Source: a virus (taxonomy: Duplodnaviria > Heunggongvirae > Uroviricota > Caudoviricetes). Taken from it: a stretch of DNA of 8,063 nucleotides. Positions 7,414-8,063 of this stretch are shown here, piece after piece. A program made the translations under genes and the position numbers. Below the pieces are notes generated by a model. It saw only the letters and a program-made list of their open reading frames with translations, was not told the DNA's origin and made no database searches. The first letter of the stretch is position 1. Every line of letters begins with the position of its first letter. The stretch lies in IMG/VR virus record IMGVR_UViG_2600254977_000002, one strand, 5' to 3'.

Positions 7414-8063
7414 TCATGGCATGGCCATGAGCATTTTCACGTCCGCATCACCGTCTGCTGACGTCTGTGCCACGCCACCCTGTACCGCTGCCGGTGAATG
7501 GTTCGCCATGAAATGTTCAAACATGGCGGTTGTGGATGCAGAGACCGGTTCTGCCTTACCTGATCCCGCAGCCAGCACAGCCCGGGCGCTCTCCACTGTC
7601 ATTCCCGGGCAGGCAGCCAGCTGTTCAGCCTGCGCCTCAGCCCCTTTTGCCTCATCCAGTGCCATGATCTGATCACGGAGTGATGGTCCGGCATCCGCCT
7701 GCGGTGAAGCAGCCAGGATCGGGCGGGCTTTTTCCACCGTCATCTCCGGCATCGCCGCCAGCGTTGCCGCCAGTTGTTCACGACCGTTCGCTTCTTCACA
7801 CACCATAATGCGATCGGCTTCACTCTGCGTGGATGCCACCGGCTGCTGCGGTGCCGCCGCGGCCAGAATCGCCCGGGCCTGTTCAACGCTCATGCCCTGT
7901 TGTCCTGCCAGCATCGTGGCAAGCTGTTCACGTCCTTTCGCTTCCTGGCATGTCAGGATCCCCATCACTCGCTGGTTCTCCTGCGCGGCGGCTTCCGTTG
8001 CAGTTAATTGCGGCATAGTGCCTCCTCTGACATTACTGTTCAGCGCCGTGGCCATCACACTGA
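7414..8063 (-). CDS. C: C-terminal part of head maturation protease / nested scaffold (lambda gpC / Nu3-like); 5' end lies beyond window end
   Basis: The translation contains ENQRVMGILTCQEAKGREQLATMLAGQQGMSVEQARAILAAAAP, matching the recalled lambda gpC/Nu3 C-terminal motif ENSRIMGILNCEEAHGREEQARVLAETPGMTVKTARRILAAAP. The in-frame codon at 8061..8059 is AGT with no stop, so the frame stays open to the window edge. The stop is at 7414..7416. Confidence 0.88.
   Translation of the reverse strand, partial: SVMATALNSNVRGGTMPQLTATEAAAQENQRVMGILTCQEAKGREQLATMLAGQQGMSVEQARAILAAAAPQQPVASTQSEADRIMVCEEANGREQLAATLAAMPEMTVEKARPILAASPQADAGPSLRDQIMALDEAKGAEAQAEQLAACPGMTVESARAVLAAGSGKAEPVSASTTAMFEHFMANHSPAAVQGGVAQTSADGDADVKMLMAMP
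7567..7971 (-). repeat. Three tandem in-frame copies of a ~35-40 aa scaffold motif (IMxxxEAxGREQLAxxLAxxPGMTVExARxILAA) within C/Nu3
   Basis: Copy 1 is residues ~30-68 (7855..7971), copy 2 is ~83-117 (7708..7812) and copy 3 is ~130-164 (7567..7671) of the in-window ORF. The spacing is 47-53 codons, and the similarity is also visible at nucleotide level (e.g. GAAGCGAA[A/C]GG[A/T]CGTGAACA[G/A]CT). Confidence 0.8.

Noticed and set aside
7027-8018. Plus-strand ORFs 7027..7398, 7113..7361, 7421..7672, 7774..8007 and 7833..8018, antisense to D and C/Nu3
   Set aside because: They are antisense to confidently identified genes. The long antisense frames are probably a by-product of GC-rich, Ala-rich coding sequence on the other strand.
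1-8063. Possibility that the window encodes a novel defence or accessory system
   Set aside because: All of the sequence is accounted for by collinear homologues of the lambda head and tail genes, with intergenic gaps of about 57 nt or less. There is no unexplained coding capacity, tRNA, CRISPR array, integrase or insertion element in the window.

Overview
This window is the head-tail morphogenesis module of a lambda-like (lambdoid) phage or prophage, with every gene on the minus strand, so it reads as the reverse complement of the conventional lambda map. Gene order in transcription direction (high to low coordinate) is C/Nu3 (partial, runs off the window end), D, E, FI, FII, Z, U, V, G, G-T (by -1 frameshift) and H (partial, runs off the window start). 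Assignments rest on my own translation of the supplied ORFs and on recalled lambda protein sequences; no database search was run. The genes are tightly packed with overlapping stop/start codons and intergenic gaps of about 50 nt or less, so there is no room for an accessory or defence gene, and I see no evidence of a previously undescribed system here. The points most worth a second look are a 48-nt N block inside the tape measure gene, a triplicated motif in the scaffold C-terminus, a terminator-like hairpin between E and FI, a 22-nt perfect palindrome between D and E, and an apparent mosaic pattern (tail genes lambda-like, head genes diverged).
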